The position numbers and the translations under genes were made by a program. Positions 47,683 to 57,764 of a stretch of 64,000 nucleotides of DNA are shown here, one piece after another. The notes below the pieces were generated by a model. It did not search any database. It was not told the DNA's origin and saw only the letters and a program-made list of their open reading frames with translations. The stretch lies in IMG/VR virus record IMGVR_UViG_3300015263_000627; one strand, 5' to 3'. Position 1 is the first letter of the stretch. Every line of letters begins with the position of its first letter. The stretch is from a virus.

Positions 47683-48212
47683 ATTTATCAAAAAAGGAAA
47701 AAAATGCATGGGTTGCTGGACTATTAGAAGGCGAAGGATGTTTTCGAATAAATGAAAATTATCCAAGAATTACATGTGAAATGACTGATGAAGATACAAT
47801 TAGGCGTTTACATAAAATTATAGGAAAAGGATCGATTTTATATAATAAGCCTCGAATAATACAATCTTATCAAAATATAAAAAAACGAAAACCAACTTGG
47901 TGTTGGGGTGTTTCATCAGCTAATGATGTTTTAGATATTTCAAATAAAATTATTCCATATATGAGTGATCGTCGTCAACAAAAAATACAAGAAATTAGGG
48001 AACTTGCTTCACAAATACTTGAAAGACGAAAAGAACGGAAAAATAATGTAATATGTAGAAAATGTGGAATAAAACTTCACAAAAAAAATCAACATCCTTC
48101 TCGAATAAAACGCGGAGAACGTATTTGTTTGAAATGTTTATATACATATGAACATCATTATCATGAAACTGTTAGAAAACCAAAAAAGAGGGTGAATGCC
48201 AATGAATCCTGA
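47679..48212 (+). CDS. LAGLIDADG homing endonuclease
   Basis: AWVAGLLEGEGCF; MTDEDTI; C-terminal CxxC pairs. Confidence 0.85.
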   Translation: MNLSKKEKNAWVAGLLEGEGCFRINENYPRITCEMTDEDTIRRLHKIIGKGSILYNKPRIIQSYQNIKKRKPTWCWGVSSANDVLDISNKIIPYMSDRRQQKIQEIRELASQILERRKERKNNVICRKCGIKLHKKNQHPSRIKRGERICLKCLYTYEHHYHETVRKPKKRVNANES

Positions 48213-48361
48213 TATCAAAATGATTCAAGATGCTCTTATGCGTGAGGGCATATTGAGGGAGATTATGTAATTGTTCCGGAGGATTTTTTCTTTCGTCTAA
48301 ATAGAGCATTGAATCCTCCCCGGGAAAGTATTTTAGACCAACTTATAGAAAAGGAAACACA

Positions 48362-48556
48362 ATGACTAAATGGGAATATACATCAATACCAATTGCAAAA
48401 ATGCAAGTGCAACAATTGAATGAAATGGGACAATTGGGATGGGAGCTAGTGACTGTTGTTTCAGTTCCGACTCGTAATGATTTGGATTTTGTTTTCAAAC
48501 GACCTATTGAAATTTTTGAAGCAGGACCGGAAATTGGGAAATCTCTAACTGGATAA
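48362..48556 (+). CDS. DUF4177-like small protein
   Basis: KWEY...LNEMGQLGWELV...FKRP. Confidence 0.75.
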   Translation: MTKWEYTSIPIAKMQVQQLNEMGQLGWELVTVVSVPTRNDLDFVFKRPIEIFEAGPEIGKSLTG

Positions 48557-48644
48557 ATAGAGGCAACGTATCTTCCTTAACGATGCCCATCCCGATCATA
48601 ATTTCTATTATGATTGCAAAAAATTTTATAAAAAGGAGTCCTCA

Positions 48645-50723
48645 ATGTCGGCTGTTGCTTCCCCTCAAATTGTTGAAACCCCAAAAAATATTGCGCCAAT
48701 CATGCCCCAAACGAAAGAAATAGAAACAATAGAAAAAGAAGCACAACCGGAAATAACCAATTCAACATTTTTCCCTTCTTTGTTTCAAGAATATGTCTAT
48801 ATCAGTCGATATGCTCGTTATTCCTATGAAAATGGAAGACGAGAAAAATGGGATGAAACAGTAGCTCGCTATTTCAATTTTTACAAGAACCATTTGAAAG
48901 AACGTTGTGGTTATAATCTAACCGACAAGATAAGAAAAGAACTGGAAACATCTATTTTGAATCTTGAAGTTATGCCAAGTATGCGTTGCCTAATGACCGC
49001 AGGACCGGCTCTGGAACGTGATGAAATGGCAGGCTTCAATTGTTCTTACCTAGTCATTGATAATCCCAAAGCTTTTTCCGAAGCATTATATATTTTGATG
49101 GTGGGAACCGGCGTCGGTTTTTCAGTTGAACGTCAATATGTGCAAAAGCTTCCGGAAGTTCCCGAAGAATTACATCCATCTGATACAACCATTATTGTTG
49201 CGGATTCCAAAATTGGTTGGGCAAAGGGTTTGAATGAATTGATTTCTATGTTGTATATGGGTTCAATTCCCAAGTATGATTTGAGTAAGCTAAGACCAGC
49301 GGGTGCGCCGCTAAAGACCTTCGGAGGGCGATCATCTGGACCTGAACCCTTAGATCGATTGTATAAATTCGTTATTGAAATTTTCAAGGAAGCCAAGGGC
49401 AATAAACTAACATCTTTACAATGCTATGATATTGTTTGCATGGTTGGAGAATGTGTGGTTTCAGGAGGGGTTCGACGTTCCGCTACTATTTCCTTGTCTA
49501 ATTTGTCCGATGATCGAATGAGAACAGCAAAATCCGGACAATGGTGGACCTTGACCCCATGGCGATCTATTGCCAATAATAGTGCAGTTTATAATGACCG
49601 CCGCCCAACTATGGATACATTCATGGCGGAATGGAAATCTCTTTATGATTCCAAATCAGGCGAACGGGGTATATTTTCGCGTTATGCAGCCCGAAATGTT
49701 ATTGAAAGAGGAAATGCATTTAGAAAGCAACATTTCGAAAAAGTCAAAGGTGTCCGTTATCGTGATACCGAGCATGAATGGGGATGCAACCCATGTTCTG
49801 AAATCCTTTTGCGACCAAATGAAGTCTGCAATTTGACCGAAGTGATTGTTCGTCCAAGTGATGATTTGGAAGAATTGAAATATAAAGTCCGGATGGCAGC
49901 TACCCTTGGAACATATCAGTCAACATTGACTAACTATCGTTTCCTTTCCAAGAAATGGAGTCAGAATGCCAATGATGAACGATTGTTGGGTGTTTCCTTG
50001 ACCGGTATCATGGATCATAAGGTCCTGTCCGGACAAGCTGGCAAAGAAAAACTAAAAGATATGCTGACTGAACTGCGAAAGGAAGCTATCAAGACTAACA
50101 TTGCAGTTGCCAATGAATTAGGTATTGAAGCGGCGACGGCAGTAACTTGTGTGAAACCATCCGGAACCGTATCATCATTGGTTGATTCAGCGGCAGGCAT
50201 TCATGGTCGCCATTCGCCTTATTACATTCGCACTGTTCGTTCCGATAAGAAAGACCCTGTAGCTCAATTGCTTATTGAGGCAGGTGTTCCTTATGAGGAA
50301 GATCAAATGCGCCCGACACACAATTGGGTATTCTCGTTTCCGCAGAAATCTCCCAAGTCGGCTGTATTGCGTGATAATTTGACGGCTCTTGATCAATTGG
50401 ATGTTTGGTTAGTCTATCAGATGTATTGGGCGGATCATAAACCATCGATCACAGTGTCGGTAAAAGAGGAAGAATGGCTTGATGTAGGAGCATGGGTTTA
50501 TCGTCATTTCGAATATATGTCGGGAGTATCGTTCCTGCCATATTCCGATCATTCCTACGCTCAAGCGCCATATCAGGAAATTACCGAAGAACAATATCAT
50601 GAATGGGTGAAGAAAATGCCCAAGGCTATCAATTGGGCGCACCTTTCGAATTATGAAAAGAACGATACTACAACAGCAAGTCAGGAATTAGCTTGTAGTT
50701 CCGCCGAAGGATGTAATATATAA
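48645..50723 (+). CDS. nrdJ: Class II (B12-dependent) ribonucleotide reductase
   Basis: PSMR, NCSY, GTGVGFS, GGVRRSA, NPCSEI, CNLTEV, KPSGTVS, C-terminal CxxxxC. Confidence 0.93.
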   Translation: MSAVASPQIVETPKNIAPIMPQTKEIETIEKEAQPEITNSTFFPSLFQEYVYISRYARYSYENGRREKWDETVARYFNFYKNHLKERCGYNLTDKIRKELETSILNLEVMPSMRCLMTAGPALERDEMAGFNCSYLVIDNPKAFSEALYILMVGTGVGFSVERQYVQKLPEVPEELHPSDTTIIVADSKIGWAKGLNELISMLYMGSIPKYDLSKLRPAGAPLKTFGGRSSGPEPLDRLYKFVIEIFKEAKGNKLTSLQCYDIVCMVGECVVSGGVRRSATISLSNLSDDRMRTAKSGQWWTLTPWRSIANNSAVYNDRRPTMDTFMAEWKSLYDSKSGERGIFSRYAARNVIERGNAFRKQHFEKVKGVRYRDTEHEWGCNPCSEILLRPNEVCNLTEVIVRPSDDLEELKYKVRMAATLGTYQSTLTNYRFLSKKWSQNANDERLLGVSLTGIMDHKVLSGQAGKEKLKDMLTELRKEAIKTNIAVANELGIEAATAVTCVKPSGTVSSLVDSAAGIHGRHSPYYIRTVRSDKKDPVAQLLIEAGVPYEEDQMRPTHNWVFSFPQKSPKSAVLRDNLTALDQLDVWLVYQMYWADHKPSITVSVKEEEWLDVGAWVYRHFEYMSGVSFLPYSDHSYAQAPYQEITEEQYHEWVKKMPKAINWAHLSNYEKNDTTTASQELACSSAEGCNI

Positions 50724-50852
50724 TGAAAAAGAAATCTATTCTGGATGATGAAGAATGGAATCGTCATTATTCCCCATCTTTGGTTCAAAGTATCCTTGAA
50801 ACGGAAAATGATCGTATTTTACAAGAGATATATAAGACGTATGAGGAAATGA

Positions 50853-51092
50853 ATGAAAAAATTCTGGAAATATATAAATCACAGTAATATAAAGCTGGCA
50901 ATTGACCTCAATCCCTTCGTTTGGTCATTCCGCTATATGCATCAGGGACCGACTGAAAGTGATCCAACTTTAAATATTTGGTATATTAGATTCCTTCCCC
51001 TAAGTATTATCTTGACTATTGATGATGGAACTGTTATACTAATAGATGATGCGGAAAATTATGAATTAGTGGATATTGTATCGGATTTATAA
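50853..51092 (+). CDS. Hypothetical protein
   Basis: ORF track; AGGA RBS. Confidence 0.5.
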   Translation: MKKFWKYINHSNIKLAIDLNPFVWSFRYMHQGPTESDPTLNIWYIRFLPLSIILTIDDGTVILIDDAENYELVDIVSDL

Positions 51093-51319
51093 AATATGGC
51101 AATAGAATGGTATGAACATTTCAGTTATTTGCATTATACTGATAAAATTATTGAATATTTAGAGAAGAAAGAAAATGACTGATACAGACGTATTAGATGT
51201 TGATATTTCTGATGAAGAACTAGAAAGAATAGCATTAGGAACAAAAGAACGAAATGATACTGGTTGGATGACTACCTGTCCAGCAAATTGTTTGGTAATG
51301 CTTTGTATGGGGAATAAAA

Positions 51320-51520
51320 ATGATACCCGGGGGTGAAATGAAATTGCCTAAAATGAACGGCAAGGAAATATCGCCCGGGATTTGGATAATAGGGGAACCG
51401 ACTCCCGTTATTGGAACCGATAAATTGCGATGTTTGGCTGATGTTTATGGAATGCTTGCTTTGGTTGAACTTAAAATTACATTTTCGGAAAATGGTATAT
51501 GTTTAGACCAAAATCCATAG
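51320..51520 (+). CDS. Hypothetical protein
   Basis: LRCLADVYGMLALVEL. Confidence 0.5.
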   Translation: MIPGGEMKLPKMNGKEISPGIWIIGEPTPVIGTDKLRCLADVYGMLALVELKITFSENGICLDQNP

Positions 51521-52034
51521 AAGAAGCAATTGCGCGAATTATTTTTGAAAATATTCCCGATATAGATGGGGCTGCTGCTCATTGGCTATTTTATAAAGAG
51601 GATTTGATAATGGCGGCACAAGAAATTCTAAGACGATATCCATTGAAAATAGGAGATGAAAATGGCAAATAGTTATTATCCACCCGATCCATATAATGGT
51701 TGGAGAAATTTGGATTCATCAGGTAATTATCCAGCATCCCGAATTATGACCGACACATCCGGACAATGGCAATGTGTCTATTATTCCAGTTTCCTTCGGA
51801 TATATCAACAAAGATAATACCAATGGACCCAACATCTGCCGGGGATATGCGAGCCGATCTTATGCGTCGGTGGTATGAACGCAATCGTGAAGGTTGGTTT
51901 GACAGACATAGACCTAGTGCTGACCGCAAAGGTTATCATGCTGATGAATGGATGTTGGGATTGATGAATGAAGCCCGCCGTATAGATTCTCTTTCCGATA
52001 AAGAACTTATCAAAGAATGTAATGGAGACATAAA

Positions 52035-52235
52035 ATGAACGAAAGCACCCTTTTGGTATTACTCGAAGATATGATCAATATCATCATGGAAAATGTTGAG
52101 GATGAACGTCAACGTGCCGAAATATACACCGAAATGTTACAATCCTTCGAGGCGGCTGGTCTGGAAGATTATGAAGCAACATTGGGTTTTGATCCGGTGT
52201 TTGATAATGTAATATCGGAGAATTATATTGCGTAA
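52035..52235 (+). CDS. Small acidic hypothetical protein
   Basis: GGAG RBS; acidic. Confidence 0.6.
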   Translation: MNESTLLVLLEDMINIIMENVEDERQRAEIYTEMLQSFEAAGLEDYEATLGFDPVFDNVISENYIA

Positions 52236-52620
52236 CCGATGGTGTGAGCGAAAACCTGTGGAGCCTGAAATGATGGAATCTGAATGTAGTGAAGTTCCTG
52301 ATGCTATGACTAAAGATTTTTGGGAGAAAGCGAGATTAGTTATGCCGGATATTCCCAAGGAAGCTCTTGATGCGGCATTAGAAGCATTCAGTACGGCTAG
52401 TGGATATCCAATACCCGCCGCTGTCGCAACAGGATCACGTCTTGAAACTGGTATGGAAGCCGCCCTCAAAGCCGCCGCGCCGTACATAACACAAGGCTAT
52501 TATGAAGAATGCACTAAATTGCGTCCAGTAATTGAAACACTTAGTAAAGAAAATACTCGTTTGAAAACAATAATTGATCAACAACAACGTGACGCTAGAA
52601 CTGGAATTAGATCATGGTAG
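52228..52620 (+). CDS. Hypothetical protein
   Basis: ORF track; IPKEA segment shared with next gene. Confidence 0.5.
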   Translation: MRNRWCERKPVEPEMMESECSEVPDAMTKDFWEKARLVMPDIPKEALDAALEAFSTASGYPIPAAVATGSRLETGMEAALKAAAPYITQGYYEECTKLRPVIETLSKENTRLKTIIDQQQRDARTGIRSW

Positions 52621-53006
52621 AAATTCCCAAGGAAGCAATTGCAATTGTAAAAGAAAAACTAAAACTAACTGATAGTTTAGTTGAATATGTTCTCGAAGCT
52701 GTGTATCCTATAATCTTTGAAAAAATTATAAATGATTCTAAAGTTTTACAGGAATCAGCATGGCAGCTTGGTTATAATAGTGGAAAAGCAATAACTGAAG
52801 ATGCTGAATTGCCAATTGAACCATGGGTTCATCCCGGAATGAGCGAATCCGAAGAAACGGAACATTATGTCGAAGTTTGTGTTTATAATGAAGGTGTGGA
52901 AGCAGCGGCGAAAGAAATAGAAAACAGTATTGGGCGGGGATTTCGATCATCATTGACGCTAAGTGAACTCGCCGCCGCTGTCCGCGATATCAAGAAAATC
53001 CCCTAA
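52614..53006 (+). CDS. Hypothetical protein
   Basis: ORF track. Confidence 0.5.
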   Translation: MVEIPKEAIAIVKEKLKLTDSLVEYVLEAVYPIIFEKIINDSKVLQESAWQLGYNSGKAITEDAELPIEPWVHPGMSESEETEHYVEVCVYNEGVEAAAKEIENSIGRGFRSSLTLSELAAAVRDIKKIP

Positions 53007-53053
53007 TTTTATAAAAAATCGTATATAATCACGAAAAAGTGATCAAAAAACCC

Positions 53054-53089
53054 TTGACTTTACCCCTAAGAAGGCTTATATTATAAATA
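53054..53089 (+). promoter_or_regulatory. Overlapping sigma70-type and late promoters for NAD operon
   Basis: TTGACT-17-TATATT followed by TATAAATA. Confidence 0.7.
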
Positions 53090-53137
53090 ACATAGCGGTG
53101 GAGTATCGCTATCCTCAGACAGTAAGGGAGACTTACT

Positions 53138-54187
53138 ATGACGAAAAAATATAATTTTCTAGTTTTTATTGGACGATTTCAACCTTTTCATGCTGGACAC
53201 CAACATGTTCTCGAAAAGGCTCTTAGTTTATCCGACAATGTAATAGTTTTGGTTGGTTCATCCAACGTTCACCGATCCGTCGAAAATCCATGGTCATTTG
53301 AAGAACGCGAAGGCATGATAAAAAATGCCTTGGTTCATAAACTTTCGGCTTATCAGGAATTAGTTATAAAACCTCTTGAAGATTTTCATAACGATACCGC
53401 TTGGGTTATGTCCGTTCAAGATATAGTCGATAAAGTCGCAAATGAATGGGAAACCCATAATACCAAGATTGGTCTAATTGGTTATGATAAGGATTCCACG
53501 TCATATTACCTAAAGATGTTTCCGACTTGGGATGTTGTCGAAATCGATACCCAATATGGAACCATCAACGCTACCCAAATCCGCGAACAGTATTTCCAAG
53601 ACGCCCCGATCATTTCCGAATTTCTTCCGGATACGGTTAGATCGTTTTTGCGAGAGTTTGCTCTTGGTGACACCTTCAAATGGGTGTTGAAAGAATACAA
53701 ATACATTCGCGATTATAAAAAGATTTGGGAAAACGCACCCTTCCCGCCGACATTCGTAACAGTTGACCCCGTTGTGGTTCAATCTGGTAATATCCTTTTG
53801 GTTACCCGAAAGGAACCTCCCTATGCTGGTTCCTTAGCATTGCCGGGAGGCTTTCTCAATGTAAACGAAACATTGGAAAACGCCGTTGTCCGGGAATTGA
53901 AAGAGGAAACCCGTATTAGAGACAATAAGGGCGAAATTCCCCCCGCTATGTTGAAATCGTTCATCACTAAGCGAGAGGTGTTTGATAACCCGAATAGATC
54001 GAAACGGGGTCGAACAATTACCCATGCCTTCCTATTCGATCTTCCCAAAAAGGATGATCTATATATGGTCAAGGGTGATGATGATGCCGAACATGCCGCA
54101 TGGTATAGCTTGGCAGAACTAAAGAATGAGGATTTCATGGAAGATCACGCTTTCATAATCCAGAAAATGTTAGAGATAAAGTTCTGA
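53138..54187 (+). CDS. nadM: Bifunctional NMN adenylyltransferase / Nudix ADP-ribose pyrophosphatase
   Basis: GRFQPFHAGH, SSN...ENPW, ATQIR; Nudix GGF...ETLENAVVRELKEET, GDDDA. Confidence 0.95.
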   Translation: MTKKYNFLVFIGRFQPFHAGHQHVLEKALSLSDNVIVLVGSSNVHRSVENPWSFEEREGMIKNALVHKLSAYQELVIKPLEDFHNDTAWVMSVQDIVDKVANEWETHNTKIGLIGYDKDSTSYYLKMFPTWDVVEIDTQYGTINATQIREQYFQDAPIISEFLPDTVRSFLREFALGDTFKWVLKEYKYIRDYKKIWENAPFPPTFVTVDPVVVQSGNILLVTRKEPPYAGSLALPGGFLNVNETLENAVVRELKEETRIRDNKGEIPPAMLKSFITKREVFDNPNRSKRGRTITHAFLFDLPKKDDLYMVKGDDDAEHAAWYSLAELKNEDFMEDHAFIIQKMLEIKF

Positions 54188-54235
54188 AAGGGGTAGGGGA
54201 GTCCTATTCCTAGTAAATGAGAAGGAGAAAATCTC

Positions 54236-55651
54236 ATGATGTATCGTAAAAATCCAATCCTAAACACCGATAGCTACAAGGCTTCGCACTATCTGCAATA
54301 TCCCCCGGGAACAACCAATGTATCATCGTATATTGAAAGCCGGGGCGGGGAATACGATGAAGTTGTATTCTTCGGTTTGCAAGCTTGGCTCAAGGAAAAT
54401 TTGATGAATGAGGCAAGCCTAGTTACTATGGCAGATATTGACGATGCCGAGGCGGTCTTTACAGCCCATGGTGAACCTTTCAACCGTAAAGGTTGGGAGC
54501 GCATTGTAAAAGAACACAAGGGTCGATTGCCCCTAAAAATCGAGGCAGTTGATGAAGGGACTGTAATGCCCCCGAGCAACGTTTTGGTTCAGGTGTATAA
54601 TACCGATCCGGAATTGCCTTGGCTAACGTCATATATCGAAACATCCCTGCTACGGGGAATTTGGTATCCGACTACGGTAGCAACCCGATCCCGATTTATC
54701 AAGAAATTGATCAAGCGATATCTTGATGAAACGGCGGATAATTCCGATGGTTTACCATTCAAGCTACATGATTTTGGGTTTAGGGGTGTTTCATCCTATG
54801 AATCCGGTGTCTTGGGTGGAATGGGACACTTGGTAAACTTCCTTGGCACCGATACTGTCGGAGCATTAGAAGGGGCAAGAGCCTACTATGATGAACCAAT
54901 CGCTGGTTTCTCAATTCCAGCGGCGGAACACTCGACAATTACCGCTTGGGGTAAGGAAAACGAATATAAAGCCTATGAGAATATGATTGATCGATTTGGG
55001 GGTCCGGGAAAACTTGTTGCCGTTGTCTCTGACTCTTACAATATCATGAATGCGGTCAATCAGATTTGGGGTAATGAACTACGGAATAAGATTATGAGAT
55101 TTGGCGGAACGTTGGTTATCCGTCCGGACTCTGGAACTCCGTGGATTATTGTTCCGGAAATTCTCAATGCTCTAGGAGAAAAGTTTCCGACTACGGTAAA
55201 CTCCAAGGGTTATAAAATGCTTCCGGATTATCTCCGTATCATTCAGGGGGATGGTATCAATCAGGTATCAATTGGTAAAATTCTTGAAGCCGTCAAGAAA
55301 AATGGTTGGTCCACTGATAATGTCGCCTTCGGAATGGGAGGAGCAATGTTGCAGGATTTGACTAGAGATACGTTGAGTTTTGCAATGAAAGCAAACGCAA
55401 TCCTGACGGAAGAATCAATGACCTATGAGGGACATTCCGGATGGATCGATGTTTACAAAAAGCCGGTTGGAGATAATGGAAAATCTTCGAAGGCAGGTCG
55501 ATTAGCACTGATCAATCGCAAGGGTAAGTTCGAAACGGTGCCAGTTGAAGTTGCTGACGATTATCCAAATCTCTTGAAGGTTCGTTATAATAAGTATCAG
55601 CTAGAAAATACCACTACCTTCAAGGAAATCCGCGAAAGAGCGGCATTATAA
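54236..55651 (+). CDS. nadV: Nicotinamide phosphoribosyltransferase
   Basis: TDSYKASH, LHDFGFRG, PAAEHS, VSDSY, IRPDSG, IQGDG, FGMGG. Confidence 0.96.
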   Translation: MMYRKNPILNTDSYKASHYLQYPPGTTNVSSYIESRGGEYDEVVFFGLQAWLKENLMNEASLVTMADIDDAEAVFTAHGEPFNRKGWERIVKEHKGRLPLKIEAVDEGTVMPPSNVLVQVYNTDPELPWLTSYIETSLLRGIWYPTTVATRSRFIKKLIKRYLDETADNSDGLPFKLHDFGFRGVSSYESGVLGGMGHLVNFLGTDTVGALEGARAYYDEPIAGFSIPAAEHSTITAWGKENEYKAYENMIDRFGGPGKLVAVVSDSYNIMNAVNQIWGNELRNKIMRFGGTLVIRPDSGTPWIIVPEILNALGEKFPTTVNSKGYKMLPDYLRIIQGDGINQVSIGKILEAVKKNGWSTDNVAFGMGGAMLQDLTRDTLSFAMKANAILTEESMTYEGHSGWIDVYKKPVGDNGKSSKAGRLALINRKGKFETVPVEVADDYPNLLKVRYNKYQLENTTTFKEIRERAAL

Positions 55652-55663
55652 AATAACCAAGAT

Positions 55664-55699
55664 AAATACCCCATGGTAACAACCGTGGGGTATTTTTTA
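55664..55699. terminator. Bidirectional intrinsic terminator
   Basis: AAATACCCCATGG/CCGTGGGGTATTT stem between convergent genes. Confidence 0.8.
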
Positions 55700-56419
55700 T
55701 GTTGTAATCCATGATTTTACGAAGAATGCGTTTTTTCTTTGTTCCCAATACAGTTTTCGAGCTTTACTCATTTTTTGTTTAGCTTCATCTGTTTGTTGTT
55801 TTCCAAACATTGGATTATTTGATCCGAGATTATTTTCTTTATGTAAATTATAAGATTTTTTTCTTGCATCTCGCATTTTTTGTTTATGTTCTTCAGATTT
55901 AGGTCTGCCACGTTGAAAATTACTTATTTTGTTTTTTGTTTCTTCTGAAAGTTTTTTACCCAAATTACCTTGTCTGATTTTTTCTATAGTTTCTTTAGAA
56001 TGATTCCGTCCTGTTGATGCAACAAAAAATCGATTCATTATGTTACGATTATAAAACGCTCTTTCTCCATTTGGTAATTTAGCATTGAGAACATCATGGC
56101 GAAATTGTTCTGCGACCTCAGTATATGATAATTCTCTTTTAGTTTCACATAATTTTAGAAATTGAAATCTAAAATTTTCTTTTCCTAATCGTTGAATATC
56201 TTCATTCAACTCGTCTGATGAACTAGTATATTCTTTCCAATCGCTATCTTTTATAATAACCTTACGATTTTTTTTACCCTTTATTTTTTTTCTTTTTCTA
56301 AAACGAAATTGTTTTTTCCCAATATAAGCCTGTCCCGAAAGGATATTTGTAATAATATAAACAACCCCAAAATATTTATTTGGGTCAAAATCGGTATCAA
56401 CTTCCCAATGTCCGTACAT
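55697..56419 (-). CDS. GIY-YIG homing endonuclease with NUMOD3 repeats
   Basis: GVVYIITN...AYIGKK, WKEYTSSS; HSKETIEKIR, SEETKNKIS, NPMFGK. Confidence 0.9.
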   Translation of the reverse strand: MYGHWEVDTDFDPNKYFGVVYIITNILSGQAYIGKKQFRFRKRKKIKGKKNRKVIIKDSDWKEYTSSSDELNEDIQRLGKENFRFQFLKLCETKRELSYTEVAEQFRHDVLNAKLPNGERAFYNRNIMNRFFVASTGRNHSKETIEKIRQGNLGKKLSEETKNKISNFQRGRPKSEEHKQKMRDARKKSYNLHKENNLGSNNPMFGKQQTDEAKQKMSKARKLYWEQRKNAFFVKSWITT

Positions 56420-56450
56420 AAATAGTTCCTCAGTTTATAATATATTTATC

Positions 56451-56479
56451 TTGACTTAGAGGGTTTCTTGTGTTACACT
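56451..56479 (+). promoter_or_regulatory. sigma70-type promoter
   Basis: TTGACT-17-TACACT. Confidence 0.7.
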
Positions 56480-56507
56480 TTATCCATACTTAGAAAAGAG
56501 AGGAATA

Positions 56508-56846
56508 GTGCGAAAGTTTTTTATAATATTGGCTTCTTTTTTCATATTCTCCCACACCGCAAACGCTCTAACATCCAAGTTTGATGGGGAATGGGATTTT
56601 ACCATTTATAGCGCCTGTGATAAATCCGAAAATAAAATCAGCATTACTATAAAAGCACCGCGAGTTAATTCGTCTGAAAAAGTTCTTGACTTGGTGGGCG
56701 GAATAAGCGATAATGGTAAGATAGATATCGTTGCTGTTTATAATGGTAAGACCTTTTATACAAAAGGGATTATTATGCAAAAGACCGGAAGCGGTGAATG
56801 GGTATCCGATAATTGTTCCGGAACATGGAAAGCGGAAAAGAAATAA
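56508..56846 (+). CDS. Exported hypothetical beta-rich protein
   Basis: Signal peptide ANA; FDGEW...CSGTWKA. Confidence 0.65.
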   Translation: MRKFFIILASFFIFSHTANALTSKFDGEWDFTIYSACDKSENKISITIKAPRVNSSEKVLDLVGGISDNGKIDIVAVYNGKTFYTKGIIMQKTGSGEWVSDNCSGTWKAEKK

Positions 56847-57118
56847 TGGTAATTGAAACTATAAAAACTATCAAGGCATTCAAATGTAGTTCAGGACATC
56901 TTCATGAATCATTTGAAGAAGCAAAAGATTGTGAATTTGATGAATTGGTTTTTGATGCTTTTCAATCTTCTCCGTCCGGGTTTTATCGTGATATAGGTGG
57001 AGATAAAAGAATTAGAGAATTTGCTCAACTTTTACGAGGAAATGTTTATCCAAATTTTCGCAAAAAATTGATAAAAGCTTTGGAATATCTTCAAATACAT
57101 TTTGGATTCAATGAATGA
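56846..57118 (+). CDS. Hypothetical protein
   Basis: TAATG coupling. Confidence 0.5.
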   Translation: MVIETIKTIKAFKCSSGHLHESFEEAKDCEFDELVFDAFQSSPSGFYRDIGGDKRIREFAQLLRGNVYPNFRKKLIKALEYLQIHFGFNE

Positions 57119-57293
57119 GCAATAAACGCCAAAAATATGCTAATCCCCCCGATTCGGTAACAATGGTGTTCCGCCCCCGAGGAAAATCTCTCAAAAAAGG
57201 TTCTCAAAATCGTCGCGTTATTGCGATTGGTTTGGACGAAAAACGCGAATATTTTTTACATTCAACCAAAGGCTACCGTAATAGGAGAAAATA

Positions 57294-57764
57294 ATGCCTT
57301 ATGTGCCAAGTGAAAAGACCGAAGGAAAACTCGATGATCGTTTTTATCTTGATCCAACAATAAAACAATTAGCCGAAGATATTGCTACTGTAAGTGCAAG
57401 ACACGGTTATGAGGGAGCCTTTGCAGGTGAATTGAATTATTCTCTTACTCGTTTATTGCAAGAACTTCCCCGGGAACTTATCAAACAAAACCAAATCAAG
57501 GAAGAATTGCGTTATTGGATGCAGCCCTTGATGTATGGGGTATTGCTTGATGTTGCCTTAGAGCATAAGCGTCGGGTAAATGTTGCATACGAAGCCGAAC
57601 AGATTGTAAAATCCGGTGATTGTTATGATACCCCATATTATACCCGACTTGTTGAAGTAGTCGATAAGGAAGGGAAACATATCGGTTATCAGGAAATTAT
57701 GATGAAACGTTCAAATGATACGCTTTTTGAAGATAAACTACCCCAAAAAATGGTAGTGGAGTGA
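57294..57764 (+). CDS. Conserved hypothetical phage protein
   Basis: MPYV, GELNYSLTRL, RRVNVAYEAEQIVKSGD. Confidence 0.75.
   Translation: MPYVPSEKTEGKLDDRFYLDPTIKQLAEDIATVSARHGYEGAFAGELNYSLTRLLQELPRELIKQNQIKEELRYWMQPLMYGVLLDVALEHKRRVNVAYEAEQIVKSGDCYDTPYYTRLVEVVDKEGKHIGYQEIMMKRSNDTLFEDKLPQKMVVE

Noticed and set aside
20228-50723. Introns or inteins in gp43, gp41, thyX or nrdJ
   Set aside because: Lengths and motif spacing are uninterrupted; the endonucleases are free-standing.
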